Assembly: GCA_002238425.1 (NCBI GenBank)
Contig: MPMJ01000006.1
Location: 5,149 to 69,148 of the forward strand
Source: SAR202 cluster bacterium bin16
Lineage (GTDB): Bacteria > Chloroflexota > Dehalococcoidia > Lucifugimonadales > Australimonadaceae
Length of the DNA: 64,000 nt
Direction: 5' to 3'
How positions within the stretch are numbered: the first letter of the stretch is position 1; each line of letters begins with the position of its first letter. The notes below the pieces were generated by a model. The model was not told the DNA's origin, ran no database searches, and saw nothing but the letters and a program-made list of their open reading frames with translations. Position numbers and translations under genes: made by a program. Below, piece by piece: positions 1 through 9,852 of this stretch.

Positions 1-441
1 AAGTACGGCCCCGACTGGCAGACGCCCAAGGGTCCCGGCTTCGAGTCCGACGTCGTCGGAGAGGTCGCGAGCGACGCGCTGCTGGACCCCGGACCCCGAC
101 TCCTGCGCAAGCTCTCCCTCGGCCTCCTGCCGCGCCCCAACGTCAGCGTGCAGGTCTTCGACCGCGACGGCGGTCCCGTAGCCGGCGCAGAAGTAGCCGT
201 CGCCGGCCTCGGCCGCTCGAGGACCAACGCGCATGGCGCCGCACGGCTCTACGTGCCCGGCTTCGCCTGCTACGCCATGACCGTCACATACCCCGGCCAC
301 CGCGAACTCCTGTACGAGGAGTTCCTCACCCCCAACGCCGCCTACACCTACCACCCCGGCCCCATCGTCACCCCGGAAGAACACTACAAAGCCGGCGTCC
401 GCGCCATGGCCCTCGAACGGAAAGAGGACGCCAAGGGGTAA
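1..441 (+). CDS. Partial (5'-truncated) LicD-like nucleotidyl/phosphotransferase with C-terminal carboxypeptidase-regulatory-like domain
   Basis: Frame is open from base 1. KYGPDWQTPK matches the LicD C-terminal YG.DW..P motif, followed by the beta-sandwich motif DGGPVAGAEV. Confidence 0.5.
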   Translation, partial: KYGPDWQTPKGPGFESDVVGEVASDALLDPGPRLLRKLSLGLLPRPNVSVQVFDRDGGPVAGAEVAVAGLGRSRTNAHGAARLYVPGFACYAMTVTYPGHRELLYEEFLTPNAAYTYHPGPIVTPEEHYKAGVRAMALERKEDAKG

Positions 442-446
442 GCCTC

Positions 447-600
447 CCGTCGTTCCTGCCTTCGCAGGAACCCCGCAGCCCTCCGGGGTGGACGCAGGGA
501 GGGCCTTGTCATGTTGAGCGGAGCCGAAGGCGGAGTCGAAACATCTCTCAGGAAGGTTCCGCTCATGGTGAGCCTGTCGAACCATCCTGCGCAGGCAAGA
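447..600. repeat. Cluster of REP-like palindromes
   Basis: GTCGTTCCTGCCTTCGCAGGAAC, GTCATGTTGAGCGGAGCCGAAGGCGGAGTCGAAACATCTC and CTCATGGTGAGCCTGTCGAACCA; each recurs elsewhere in the window. Confidence 0.8.
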
Positions 601-814
601 ACCTCACAGCCCTAGCACTGGTCGCCCGCCGCTCTTGCCTCCCTACCCACGCCCGACTAGGATGAACCCCCCTCTCTGAGAGGCCCGCGGGCACCACTTG
701 GAGCATCCCCTATGGATGCCTCAAAGCAGGGGCGCAGAGGGGCAAGACCCGCTCCCCGGGGCGGGGGGCAGTCAACAAGGACGACCCGCCAAGCAAGTCA
801 CGAAGAACGACTCG

Positions 815-1747
815 ATGCAACGCTACATCATCATCAGGCTCTTCCAGGCGGTGCTCGCGCTCATCGGCGTGAGCATCATCGTCTTCACGCTCGTCCGCAT
901 CACGGGCAGCCCGATCGACGTGCTCGCGCCCGCCGACGCCACAGAGGAAGACCTCAGACGCGTCGCAGCCCTCTGGGGCTTCGACAAACCGCTCTGGGAG
1001 CAGTACGTCTTGTTCGTCGGCAACGCGCTCCAACTGGACTTCGGCCCCTCCATCAAGTTCCAGGGACAGAGCGCGATGAGCCTCATCGGCAACGCCATCC
1101 CCAACAGCCTGCAGCTCGCCGGCTTCGCGATGTTCGTCAGCGTGGTCATGGCGGTGCCCATCGGCGTCATCTCTGCGGTCAAGAAGGGCACGCCCATCGA
1201 CATGATCGGCAAGCTAGTCGCCCTCCTGGGCCAGTCGCTGCCCCCCTTCTGGCTCGGCATCGTCCTCATCTGGATATTTTCAGTAAACCTGGGCTGGCTG
1301 CCCGTCTCCGGAAAGGGCGGCTTCACCCACATCATCCTGCCCGGCGTGGCGCTGGGCTGGTTCTCCGTGGCCGCCTTCATGCGCCTCACCCGCTCCGCGA
1401 TGCTGAACGTCCTGGACAGCGAGTACGTGAAGTTCGCGCGCATCAAGGGCACGCCGGAATGGAGGGTCATCTGGAAGCACGCGCTCAAGAACGCCGCGAT
1501 CCCGCCGCTCACGCTGTTCGGCATCATCGCCGGCATCATGGTCACCGGCGTCGTCACGCTGGAGACCGTCTTCGCGTGGCCCGGCATCGGCCAGCTCGCC
1601 CTCACCTCGGTGAACGCCCGCGACTACTCCGTCGTGCAGGGGCTCGTCATCCTCATCTCCGCGATGTTCATCACCATCAACCTCGTCGTGGACATCCTCT
1701 ACGCCTACATAGACCCGCGCGTCCGCTACGGCGGAGGGAGAGGCTGA
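815..1747 (+). CDS. dppB: Peptide/nickel ABC transporter permease (DppB/OppB family)
   Basis: MQRYIIIRL start, EAA-like motif YVKFARIKG, C-terminal DILYAYIDPRVR. Confidence 0.92.
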   Translation: MQRYIIIRLFQAVLALIGVSIIVFTLVRITGSPIDVLAPADATEEDLRRVAALWGFDKPLWEQYVLFVGNALQLDFGPSIKFQGQSAMSLIGNAIPNSLQLAGFAMFVSVVMAVPIGVISAVKKGTPIDMIGKLVALLGQSLPPFWLGIVLIWIFSVNLGWLPVSGKGGFTHIILPGVALGWFSVAAFMRLTRSAMLNVLDSEYVKFARIKGTPEWRVIWKHALKNAAIPPLTLFGIIAGIMVTGVVTLETVFAWPGIGQLALTSVNARDYSVVQGLVILISAMFITINLVVDILYAYIDPRVRYGGGRG

Positions 1748-1748
1748 C

Positions 1749-2651
1749 ATGGCCGTCGCAACCTCCCCTGCCGCAATCGCACGCATCCCCGGGGCCCGGA
1801 TCGTCGGGTGGGTCTGGACGTTCCTGCGCCGCTACCCGGTCATACCCGTCGCGGTGCTCCTCATCGTCCTCGTCATCCCCGCCCTCTTCGCCGAGCTCAT
1901 CGCGCCGCACGACCCCATCGACGGCAACCTCCGAGCGCGACTGCTCCCGCCCGCATGGACCGACGGCGGCGATTGGAGCTACCCGCTCGGCAGCGACCGC
2001 CAGGGGCGCGATATCCTCAGCCGCATGATCTTCGGCGCGCGCACGGCGGCGCTCGTATCGCTCGCCGCGCTGGCCGTCGGCGGCATCATCGGCTCCGTGC
2101 TCGGCCTAGTCGCGGGCTACTTCGGGAGCTGGTGGGACCACATCATCATGCGGCTGGTCGACATCAACCTCTCGCTGCCGCTCATCCTGCTCGCGCTCGT
2201 GCTCGTCGTGCTGTTCGAGCCCGGCACGGCCACCACCGTCGCCGTCGTCGCGCTGCTGCTCTGGTCGCGCTACGCCCGCCAGGTGCGAGCGGAGGTGCTG
2301 ACGCTCAAGGAGATGGACTTCGTCGCCCGCGCGCGCGTCGCGGGGGCCTCGAACCTGCGCATCGTCTTCCGCCACATCCTCCCCAACGTCTTCAACACCA
2401 TCATCGTCCTCGCGACGCTCCAGGTGGGGAACGTCATCCTGCTGGAGGCGTCGCTCAGCTTCCTCGGCGCGGGCATCCCGCCGCCGGACCCCGCGTGGGG
2501 CGTCATGGTCGCGGAGGGACGCGACTTCATCGTCACGTCGTGGTGGCTCTCGGTCATCCCCGGCCTCGCCATCATGTTCACAGTGCTCTCCATGAACCTC
2601 CTCGGCGACTGGCTCCGCGACTACCTCGACCCCAGGCTCCGCCAACTGTAG
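1749..2651 (+). CDS. dppC: Peptide/nickel ABC transporter permease (DppC/OppC family)
   Basis: PLGSDRQGRDILSR, RHILPN, GDWLRDYLDPR motifs. Confidence 0.92.
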   Translation: MAVATSPAAIARIPGARIVGWVWTFLRRYPVIPVAVLLIVLVIPALFAELIAPHDPIDGNLRARLLPPAWTDGGDWSYPLGSDRQGRDILSRMIFGARTAALVSLAALAVGGIIGSVLGLVAGYFGSWWDHIIMRLVDINLSLPLILLALVLVVLFEPGTATTVAVVALLLWSRYARQVRAEVLTLKEMDFVARARVAGASNLRIVFRHILPNVFNTIIVLATLQVGNVILLEASLSFLGAGIPPPDPAWGVMVAEGRDFIVTSWWLSVIPGLAIMFTVLSMNLLGDWLRDYLDPRLRQL

Positions 2652-2760
2652 AGGGGCGGTTCGCGAACCGCCCCCCTCGGGTCTCCACCCTTCACCGCTC
2701 ATGGTGAGCCTGTCGAACCATCCTCCGAAGGCAGGACGCGCTTCAGCGCTCCCTCGCCCC
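2648..2760. repeat. REP-like palindrome cluster
   Basis: GTAGAGGGGCGGTTCGCGAACCGCCCC (also at about 9045 and 36645) plus CTCATGGTGAGCCTGTCGAACCA. Confidence 0.8.
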
Positions 2761-2837
2761 CCTGCCTGCACGTGGGAGGTGCGAATCGGGGCGCCTACCA
2801 CGGGCTGACGCCAGGTGGTCACGCTATCCTCTCGCGC

Positions 2838-3155
2838 TCAGATGGAGACTTCCCTCACCTCTCCCGGCCGCGCCTCGGCAACGGCGGCGCGGATATCGTC
2901 GATGCGAAGCCGGACGTAGGGCCATGCCGTTCTGAGCAGAACGATGATGGCCAGTCTTCTGCCTGAGAGATTCTGCTGATGCCTGATGCTCTGGTCGGTG
3001 GTGATCAGGACTTCGTAGCCCTCCTGTTCGGCCTTGTCCAGCAGGTCTCCGTTGAGAAGGCTGTCCCACCCTTTCTCTGCCGCCGTATCGATCGTGTGTC
3101 CGTGGAGGTCCCGCCTGAGAGGCACGGGCGTTCCGTGATCAAACAGTATCTTCAA
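2838..3155 (-). CDS. DUF5615/VapC45-like PIN toxin
   Basis: MKILFDHG, NGDLL, LITTDQSIRHQQNL motifs; overlaps the upstream DUF433 gene. Confidence 0.82.
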   Translation of the reverse strand: MKILFDHGTPVPLRRDLHGHTIDTAAEKGWDSLLNGDLLDKAEQEGYEVLITTDQSIRHQQNLSGRRLAIIVLLRTAWPYVRLRIDDIRAAVAEARPGEVREVSI

Positions 3156-3387
3156 GACTGCTCGCGAGTACGGGCACTTTCAGGGAGTTGGCCGCGTGCT
3201 GAAGAACGGCCCTGACCTTCCATTCGTCCACCGGATGGAACCATTCCAAGAATTCCTCTACGGTGGCGCCGCTTTCCAGGTTCTCGAACAGGGCGGACAC
3301 GGGTAGCCTGGTGCCGGTGAAGACCCACGCTCCACTGAGCTTGCCGGGCACGCTTTCTACCGCCGGGCACTTCTCCCAGTCGGTCAT
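3139..3387 (-). CDS. DUF433 antitoxin
   Basis: PGKLSGAWVFTGTRLPVSALFENLESGATVEEFLEWF is the DUF433 signature. Confidence 0.88.
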   Translation of the reverse strand: MTDWEKCPAVESVPGKLSGAWVFTGTRLPVSALFENLESGATVEEFLEWFHPVDEWKVRAVLQHAANSLKVPVLASSLEDTV

Positions 3388-3474
3388 ACGTTCACCTCGA
3401 TTCCTGCCGCCCTTCCGATCGTTCGTCAGCTCACAGGAGCCAGCACCCATTTTCCTCCGGCAGACTGCCTGCGT

Positions 3475-4587
3475 CTACCGAGTGCTGACAGCGGGCGAGC
3501 GCAGCCCGTACATCCGCGCTGCGTTCTTCCAGAGGATCGCCTCGAGCGCGTCGTCCGGAACCTCTTCGTTCTCGACGAGCTCACGGATCTCCAGCGCGCA
3601 CGTCTCCACCGTCACCTCGTGCGGGAAGTCGCTCGACCAGATGAACGGGTCGCTGCCGACCGTGCGCACGGCGTGCGCGAGGTCGGGCTCGTCGCCCTCG
3701 ACGCCTATGAAGATGCGCCCTTCGTGAACGTGGCGCAGGATGTGGTCGCGCACGCTGTCGCCGTCGCGCAGCTGCAGGAAGCGCCGGTTCGGGTCGAGCG
3801 GTGTGAACGCGTTGTAGGAGCCTTCGCCCCGCTCGAGTGCCATCAGGAACCACGCGACGCCGCCCTCCATGAAGCCGTAGCGCACGTTCGGGAACTTGTC
3901 GAAGATGCCGTTGAACAGCATGCTCATGAACGAGATCATGATGCCGAACGGGTGCCCCATCGCATGTATCGCCGCGAAGATGTTGAGGTCGTGGAAGCCG
4001 AGGTCCGGGTACGAGCCGCCGTGCACGGAGAGGCAGCAGCCGAGGCGGTTCGCCTCCTCGTGGACGGGCCAGTAGTGCTTTGAGCCCAGGTGGCCCTGCA
4101 GGCCGGTGGCGGGCAGCATCCCGCCGCACATGCCCAGCTCCTCGACCGCTCGCCGCAGCTCTGCCGCCGCAAGCTCGGGCTCCTGCATCGGCAGCAGCGC
4201 CACCGCCTGCAGGCGGTCGTCCTTCTGCAGGTACTCCTGGTGTATCCAGTCGTTGTAGGCGCTGGTCGCCATCGCTATCTGGTCGAGGTCGACCATCCGG
4301 CCCACCGCGAGCGCCTCGGTCGGGTACAGCACCGCACTGCCGATGGACAGTTCGTCCATGAAGCGCGTCCACCCGCGCACTTCCTCCGGGTTGGAGAAGG
4401 AGCCTTCCGGCGAGATGCTGAGCAGGTTGTGGTAGTTGTCCAGTTCCGGGAAGACGTTCCGGCGGCGCATCCGCTCCACCGCGCGGCTGGCCTGCAGGTC
4501 GCGCGGCATCCTGTCGATGATGCCGTCCTTGTTCTCCAGCACATGGCCGTCGCCGTCATAGATCGGGCCGTTGTACGTTCGCGCCAT
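3475..4587 (-). CDS. Amidohydrolase_2 family protein
   Basis: DGDGHVLE, AYNDW, EGGVAW, SSDFPHE motifs. Confidence 0.88.
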   Translation of the reverse strand: MARTYNGPIYDGDGHVLENKDGIIDRMPRDLQASRAVERMRRRNVFPELDNYHNLLSISPEGSFSNPEEVRGWTRFMDELSIGSAVLYPTEALAVGRMVDLDQIAMATSAYNDWIHQEYLQKDDRLQAVALLPMQEPELAAAELRRAVEELGMCGGMLPATGLQGHLGSKHYWPVHEEANRLGCCLSVHGGSYPDLGFHDLNIFAAIHAMGHPFGIMISFMSMLFNGIFDKFPNVRYGFMEGGVAWFLMALERGEGSYNAFTPLDPNRRFLQLRDGDSVRDHILRHVHEGRIFIGVEGDEPDLAHAVRTVGSDPFIWSSDFPHEVTVETCALEIRELVENEEVPDDALEAILWKNAARMYGLRSPAVSTR

Positions 4588-4645
4588 CGGATGCCTCCTT
4601 CGCTGTCCCGAGCCTGCCACTCGTGCTGCCTTTACGCAAAATCTC

Positions 4646-5167
4646 CTAGTCGTACCACTGGCCCGTGACCGTCTTGCCGTCCGCGACGCCGGGGTCGACG
4701 ATGGTCGTCTTGAACGGCGGGAAGAGCACGTCTACGATGACGCGCGGCGCGGGCGCGGGGCGTGTCCGCTCCGCAACGATCTCGTCGACGCGCTTCACGT
4801 GCGCTTCGAGCACGCCCGCGATGAACCGCGCGAACTCCGGGTTGCCGGACGCCTTGATGGCCTCCTCGTCTATCAGCCCCTCGATCGCGGCCTCGACCGG
4901 GTTCGCGGGCGCGGGCACGCCGCCGTGCACCATGCCGGGCGGGTTCCACGTCACCTCTGGCCGCATCTCATCCGAGAAGTGGACGGACAGCTCGCCCGAC
5001 TCGTGCGAGTGTCGGATGCCGACCTCGCCGGGGATGAGCAGCAGCGCCGTAACGAGGCACTTGTCGTTCTCGACGAGCGTGTACCACTTGCGCTTGTGCG
5101 CTCCGGGTATCGACTCGCCGCGCCAGCCCTGCTGGTCCAGCGGAAGCGTGTAAGGATTGACGGCCAT
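4646..5167 (-). CDS. Hypothetical protein, cupin-like
   Basis: HSHESGE and PPGMVH resemble cupin motifs 1 and 2; AAGGAA RBS upstream. Confidence 0.5.
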   Translation of the reverse strand: MAVNPYTLPLDQQGWRGESIPGAHKRKWYTLVENDKCLVTALLLIPGEVGIRHSHESGELSVHFSDEMRPEVTWNPPGMVHGGVPAPANPVEAAIEGLIDEEAIKASGNPEFARFIAGVLEAHVKRVDEIVAERTRPAPAPRVIVDVLFPPFKTTIVDPGVADGKTVTGQWYD

Positions 5168-5354
5168 GGCGTTCCTTTCTCTGCGTTCGCTAGTGTCCGG
5201 ACGTCGTGACGTCCGGCGCCAACGCGCCCGCAGCGCGCGCCCCTGCCCTCTTGAAGCCGGAGCGGCCGCATCGCCACAATGGCAACTGCAACGGTGCGGC
5301 TATAAGATAGCGCGTAATCGGAGCGCAGTCCAAGCACGACACGGAGGATTCGCC

Positions 5355-6659
5355 ATGCTGAGCACGGCAGACAACGAGATGCTGACGCAGGTGGGCAAGG
5401 GAACTCCCATGGGCGAGATGATGCGCCGCTACTGGCTCCCCATCATGCCCGTCGAGGAACTCGGCGGCCCTGACGGCGCCCCCCAGCGCTTCCGCCTGCT
5501 CGGCGAGGACCTCATCGTCTTCCGCGACTCCAGCGGCGACGTGGGCGTCTTCTCCGAGACGTGCCCGCACCGCGGCGCCTCGCTCTTCTTCGGACGGAAC
5601 GAGGACAACGGACTGCGCTGTATCTACCACGGGTGGAAGTACGACGTCACCGGCCAGTGCGTCGACATGCCCAACGAGCCCGGCGAGAGCAACTTCAAGG
5701 ACAAGATCCGCGCGTGGGCGTACCGCGGCGCGGTGCATGGGGGCGTCGTGTGGGCGTACCTCGGCGAGGGCGACCCGCCCGGACTGCCCGATTTCGAGTG
5801 GACCGCCATGCCGGAGGAGCAGCGCAACTTCTCGCTCGCGCAGCGCGCCTGCAACTGGATGCAGGGCCTCGAGGGCGACATCGACACCAGCCACCTCTTC
5901 TTCCTCCACGGCAGGCTGGACCCGGACGGCTCCGGCAACACCGGCGTCTGGCATAACGACAAGCACCCGACGCTGGAGGTCGTTCCCACGAAGTACGGCG
6001 TCGTCTACGGCGCGAACCGCGAGGAGAACGAGGAGACCACCTACTGGCGCATCACGCAGTTCCTCTTCCCCATCTTCACCTTCTTTCCCGCCGCCCCGGA
6101 CGGCACCGTCCCTGGCCACATCTGGGTGCCGATGGACGACCACCACACGATGGTCTGGACGGTCTCCTGGCACCCCACGAAGAACGTGGCGGACAGCAGG
6201 CGGTTCGGCGTGCTTGGCAACGCGACGCACCCCGCGGGCGAATTGCTGCCGGACACGGCCGGCGGCCTCGGACGCTTCCGCCCGCGCGCCAACAAGACGA
6301 ACGACTACGAGATTGACCGCGACCTGCAACGCACCGAGACCTTCACCGGCATCGCCACGGTCTTCCTGCAGGACCAGGCCGTCACCGAGAGCATGGGCTC
6401 CGTCCAGAACCGCAGCATCGAGCACCTCGGACGCTCGGATGGCATGATCATCCAGGTGCGCCGACGCTTGCTCAACGCGGCGAAGGCGCTCCATTACGAC
6501 AACGTGACGCCCCCGTGCGTCGAGAACCCGGAGTGGTACCGCGTGCGCTCCGCCATCGGCACGCTCCCCAAGGGCGAGTCCTGGTACGAGCACATGCACG
6601 ACTGGCTCTACGCCAAGGTAGACGAGCCCCCCGCGCTGGAACTCGCGGTGCCGCGCTAG
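5355..6659 (+). CDS. Rieske non-heme iron oxygenase alpha subunit (phthalate 4,5-dioxygenase-like)
   Basis: CPHRGASL and CIYHGWKYD Rieske motifs, EGDIDTSHLFFLH iron site, QDQAVTESMG; GGAGG RBS. Confidence 0.92.
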   Translation: MLSTADNEMLTQVGKGTPMGEMMRRYWLPIMPVEELGGPDGAPQRFRLLGEDLIVFRDSSGDVGVFSETCPHRGASLFFGRNEDNGLRCIYHGWKYDVTGQCVDMPNEPGESNFKDKIRAWAYRGAVHGGVVWAYLGEGDPPGLPDFEWTAMPEEQRNFSLAQRACNWMQGLEGDIDTSHLFFLHGRLDPDGSGNTGVWHNDKHPTLEVVPTKYGVVYGANREENEETTYWRITQFLFPIFTFFPAAPDGTVPGHIWVPMDDHHTMVWTVSWHPTKNVADSRRFGVLGNATHPAGELLPDTAGGLGRFRPRANKTNDYEIDRDLQRTETFTGIATVFLQDQAVTESMGSVQNRSIEHLGRSDGMIIQVRRRLLNAAKALHYDNVTPPCVENPEWYRVRSAIGTLPKGESWYEHMHDWLYAKVDEPPALELAVPR

Positions 6660-6764
6660 GGCCACGTCGTTCCTGCGCAGGCAGGAACCTCATCCCTCCC
6701 TCAGGCTGCGAGATTCGCGCCTGCGCGGGAATGACGGAACCGACCCACGTAATCGTCTCTTCAC

Positions 6765-7100
6765 CTAGCGCCGCGATGCCAGTCGCTCGACAACCAAGCG
6801 GTTCATACTGACCCCTGCTTCGGCGGCGTCCATTGCAAAGGCGCGATGGGTCTCGGGCGGGATGCGAAGGGTAAGCGTTCCGCTGTAGCGCCGGGTGGAA
6901 AGCGGCTCCGGTCCGGGAGCGCCTTCCTTGCGCAGGTCGTCCACGGAGAAGGCCACGAGGTCGCGGATGCCTGCAAACGCCTTCTCAGGGGTTTCGTCCA
7001 GATGGCTGAGCAATCCAAACTCGGCGCACGTTCCGACGTACTCCTCATCCTCTTCGGACCAGGAAACCCGATAGGTGTAGCGGTCTACCTCTTCCGTCAT
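6765..7100 (-). CDS. hicB: Orphan HicB-family antitoxin
   Basis: YTYRVSWSEEDEEYVGTCAEF, PEPLS, YSGTLTLRIPPETH (RHH); GGAGG RBS; no adjacent hicA. Confidence 0.85.
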   Translation of the reverse strand: MTEEVDRYTYRVSWSEEDEEYVGTCAEFGLLSHLDETPEKAFAGIRDLVAFSVDDLRKEGAPGPEPLSTRRYSGTLTLRIPPETHRAFAMDAAEAGVSMNRLVVERLASRR

Positions 7101-7159
7101 TCTGTCCCCTCCAGTGTGTCGATGGTTGCAGTAATGCAACCAAGCGTCAAGCCGACGCG

Positions 7160-7403
7160 CCCGAGAGATGCTTCGACTCCGCTGCACTCCGCTCAGCATG
7201 ACAACCCCACCTCCCCCACTCCCCACCCCGCGTGCGCTGCCCTGCGCACGTGCGACCTTGCGGTCGCCAGGGATTCCCGCCTGTGCGGGAAAGACGGGGC
7301 CACGCCAGGGCCGCCATTCCACGTCCCGGCCCCCTGTCCGCTCGTCCTGAGCTTGTCGAAGGATGCAGCGCCCGCTCGTGGTTCGACAGGCTCACCATGA
7401 GCG
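7160..7403. repeat. REP-like palindrome cluster
   Basis: GAGATGCTTCGACTCCGCTGCACTCCGCTCAGCATGAC, GATTCCCGCCTGTGCGGGAA, GTCCTGAGCTTGTCGAAGGA and TGGTTCGACAGGCTCACCATGAG. Confidence 0.8.
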
Positions 7404-7430
7404 GAATATCTGTTCTTGTGATTGCCTTTA

Positions 7431-8981
7431 TCACCACACGCCCAGATGCGGCGGGAGGGTGGCGGAGTCTGCGCTGCCGTCGTCTTCGTGTTCGCGTTCG
7501 CCGGGCTGCGAGGTTCCTGCCTCCTCAGGAACGACAGAGCCGCCGTCTTCGTCTTCGTCGCGGGAGTGCGGGGGCACGGGGACGCCGACCGGCGGACGCG
7601 GGTTGAGGAGGAACGGCTCGTAGCCGGTCCAGATCTGGAGCGAGGGCGGGGTCATGAACGCGAGGGCGAGGGCGTCGGCGCGGTCGGGCGAGGGGAGGTT
7701 CTTCTTGCGCAGTTCCCGCTTGCTCTCCATCAGCACCTGGCCAGAGCTGGAGACGTCGTAGCGCAGGGAGAGGAGTTGCGCGGCGAGCTCCTCGTCGTCC
7801 GGCAGCGCGATGAGGCGGTCGTTGATGAGGCGGCGCAGCTCCCAGAAGATCTCGGAGCGCAGGTTTGCGAAACGCGTCGGGTGCATCGCCTTGCGCCCGA
7901 ACTGCACGCCCCGGACGGGCGCTTTCAATTCGCGCAAGCGGTCGACGACGCCCGCTCCGAGGCCACCCTCGTCCACGAATATCGCCTCCGCGCCGAGTTC
8001 GCGCGCCATGAGCGCGGTCTCACCGGCGACCCGCATGGTGTCGATGAGTCCGAACGACTTCATCTCAACGACGCGCTGTCCGCGGCGCGCGCAGAGCACG
8101 GACTCGTTGTCGCCGAATCGGCCGACGTCGACGCCGATGTAGAGCGGCTCGCGGGCGTCGTCCTCCTCGGTGGGCGCGCCCTCGCCGCTGGGGGCGTCCT
8201 CCCGCATCGCGTCCTCGACGGCGGCGCGTCCGACGAGCGAGTCCTCCAGCGTGTCGGGGAACTGTGCGTAGACGGCCGCGATGAACTTGGGGTGGTCGGC
8301 GCCCCATTGCAGGGCCTTGTCGGCGATGTCCTCGGCGGTGATGAGGCCGGGCCGCGCGGGCTCCTCGCCGGTGAGGTTGGGGGTTTCGTAGGCGGAGATG
8401 CGCATGTGGTGGTACTGGTGACGCTTCGCGTGGTGGGACTCGTAGAACGTGCCGGACGTGGAGAAGGCGTTGCCCGCGAGAAGCGTCCTGGATGCGTTGA
8501 GACGGACCGCGGCGTCGAAGTGGGACTCCCGGACGGCGTGGGCCTCGTCGACGATAAGGAGGAGCTCCGGCGAGTGGAAGCCGTGGATGTTGTCCGGGTT
8601 GTTCGTAGCGAAGCCGATGGCGAACCGGTCGGGCGAGATGAAGTACTTGCCTTTGGTGAGCTTGCCGCTGAGGGCGTCTCCTGCGGCGTCGCAGACGGCG
8701 GCGAGCTCCTGCCAGAGGATCTCGCGCACCTGCCGGTTGGTGGACGAGATGACGACGACCTTCGCCTGTGCACGCGTCTCGACCCACCAGAGGATGAGGC
8801 GTGCCAGCGCCCAGCCCTTCCCGCAGCCGTTCGCGCCCACGACGGAGACGCGGCGCGAGCCCGCGACTGCCTCGAGCATCTCGCGCTGCTTCGAGTAGGG
8901 CTCCCCCGCCGCGCCGAGGACGTTCTCGACGAACCCGGCGGGGTCGTCCCGGTACTGTGGATAGCGGACCTCGTTGTTCAT
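7431..8981 (-). CDS. Phage terminase large subunit (orphan)
   Basis: YRDDPAGFVENVLG N-terminus, Walker A GANGCGKG, Walker B LLIVDEA, nuclease motifs IGVDVG, FVDEGGLG and SPDRADALALAF. Confidence 0.88.
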   Translation of the reverse strand: MNNEVRYPQYRDDPAGFVENVLGAAGEPYSKQREMLEAVAGSRRVSVVGANGCGKGWALARLILWWVETRAQAKVVVISSTNRQVREILWQELAAVCDAAGDALSGKLTKGKYFISPDRFAIGFATNNPDNIHGFHSPELLLIVDEAHAVRESHFDAAVRLNASRTLLAGNAFSTSGTFYESHHAKRHQYHHMRISAYETPNLTGEEPARPGLITAEDIADKALQWGADHPKFIAAVYAQFPDTLEDSLVGRAAVEDAMREDAPSGEGAPTEEDDAREPLYIGVDVGRFGDNESVLCARRGQRVVEMKSFGLIDTMRVAGETALMARELGAEAIFVDEGGLGAGVVDRLRELKAPVRGVQFGRKAMHPTRFANLRSEIFWELRRLINDRLIALPDDEELAAQLLSLRYDVSSSGQVLMESKRELRKKNLPSPDRADALALAFMTPPSLQIWTGYEPFLLNPRPPVGVPVPPHSRDEDEDGGSVVPEEAGTSQPGEREHEDDGSADSATLPPHLGVW

Positions 8982-9094
8982 GGCGTGCCTTCGTTCGCTC
9001 TTGTGCCTTCGTGATGCTGCAGGGCGGTTCCATTCGAGGAGTGGCCGGGCGGTTCGCGAACCGCCCCTACGGGAGCCTTCTCCACCGCTTAACG

Positions 9095-9127
9095 AAAAGA
9101 GCCCCGGCCACTTGAAGGCCGGGGCTC
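9095..9127 (-). terminator. Intrinsic terminator-like hairpin upstream of terminase
   Basis: 11-bp stem GAGCCCCGGCC/GGCCGGGGCTC with a 7-nt loop, followed by TTTT on the minus strand. Confidence 0.6.
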
Positions 9128-9182
9128 GTCCCCGTTCGTTGTGCGCGCGCCCGGTTGCACTGGTGGGGCGCGTGTTGCGTAC

Positions 9183-9212
9183 ATCATAACCGGTGGGGTG
9201 TTGGTTGTGCAA
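9183..9212 (-). promoter_or_regulatory. Putative sigma70-type promoter
   Basis: Minus strand TTGCAC-N18-TATGAT. Confidence 0.45.
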
Positions 9213-9380
9213 CTATGAGGAGTCGCTGTGCATACGAGAACAGCTGTGACCACATGCCGCCACACGGGCGGGTACACGAGCCCAGCCAACTATGTCAGGT
9301 GTGAGCGGAAGTTCGGCTTCGCCTAGTTTGACCGTGGCAGCCTCTCGGCCTCACACTGGGGTCCGGAGGCTGCTCATCCT

Positions 9381-9620
9381 GTGTCTATCTGGCACGCAAC
9401 GATAGTAGTAGGTGCAGCCCTGTGCGTGTCCCTGTTCACCCCCGCTGGTTACGCTCCTGTTCTCATTGCCCTGCTCGTTGTGGCAGGGTATGGCGGCTAT
9501 TCCGTCGCGAAGCGCCCCAGCGGGGTCGTGCTGCGCCGCGTGCTCACCGGCATAGTGGTAGGTGCCTGCCTTGCCGTGTTCGCCGTGTACCTAGAGTGGG
9601 CGCGCAGGGTATCGCCATGA
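9381..9620 (+). CDS. Small hypothetical membrane protein
   Basis: Three hydrophobic segments; GGAGG upstream of GTG. Confidence 0.5.
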   Translation: MSIWHATIVVGAALCVSLFTPAGYAPVLIALLVVAGYGGYSVAKRPSGVVLRRVLTGIVVGACLAVFAVYLEWARRVSP

Positions 9621-9743
9621 GCGCACTGCGACCACCGAATATCTGAACGTTCAACCCTAGTTCGTCGACGGCCTGATCTCTACCGAAGGTGCCGTTTTGC
9701 CCAGCATGATGCTGAGGGACCAAGTGCCGTAAGCCAACGCGGG

Positions 9744-9763
9744 CGAGCGCCAAGAGGGCCTGT
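9744..9763. repeat. 20-bp direct repeat of the rnpB 3' end (att-like)
   Basis: CGAGCGCCAAGAGGGCCTGT is identical at 9744-9763 and 10206-10225. Confidence 0.85.
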
Positions 9764-9852
9764 GCACGATGTGACATCCGCCCATTGTGCGTTCCATTCG
9801 CGCTGCCTAGCCTTGACCGCGATGCTACACTCGCAGAGGAGAGATTCAGCGC

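Noticed and set aside
7395-9645. CCATGAGCG and GAATATCTG 9-mers on both sides of the terminase region as att sites or a LexA box
   Set aside because: The matches are short and differently spaced, one is part of a REP, and the SOS-like box is imperfect.
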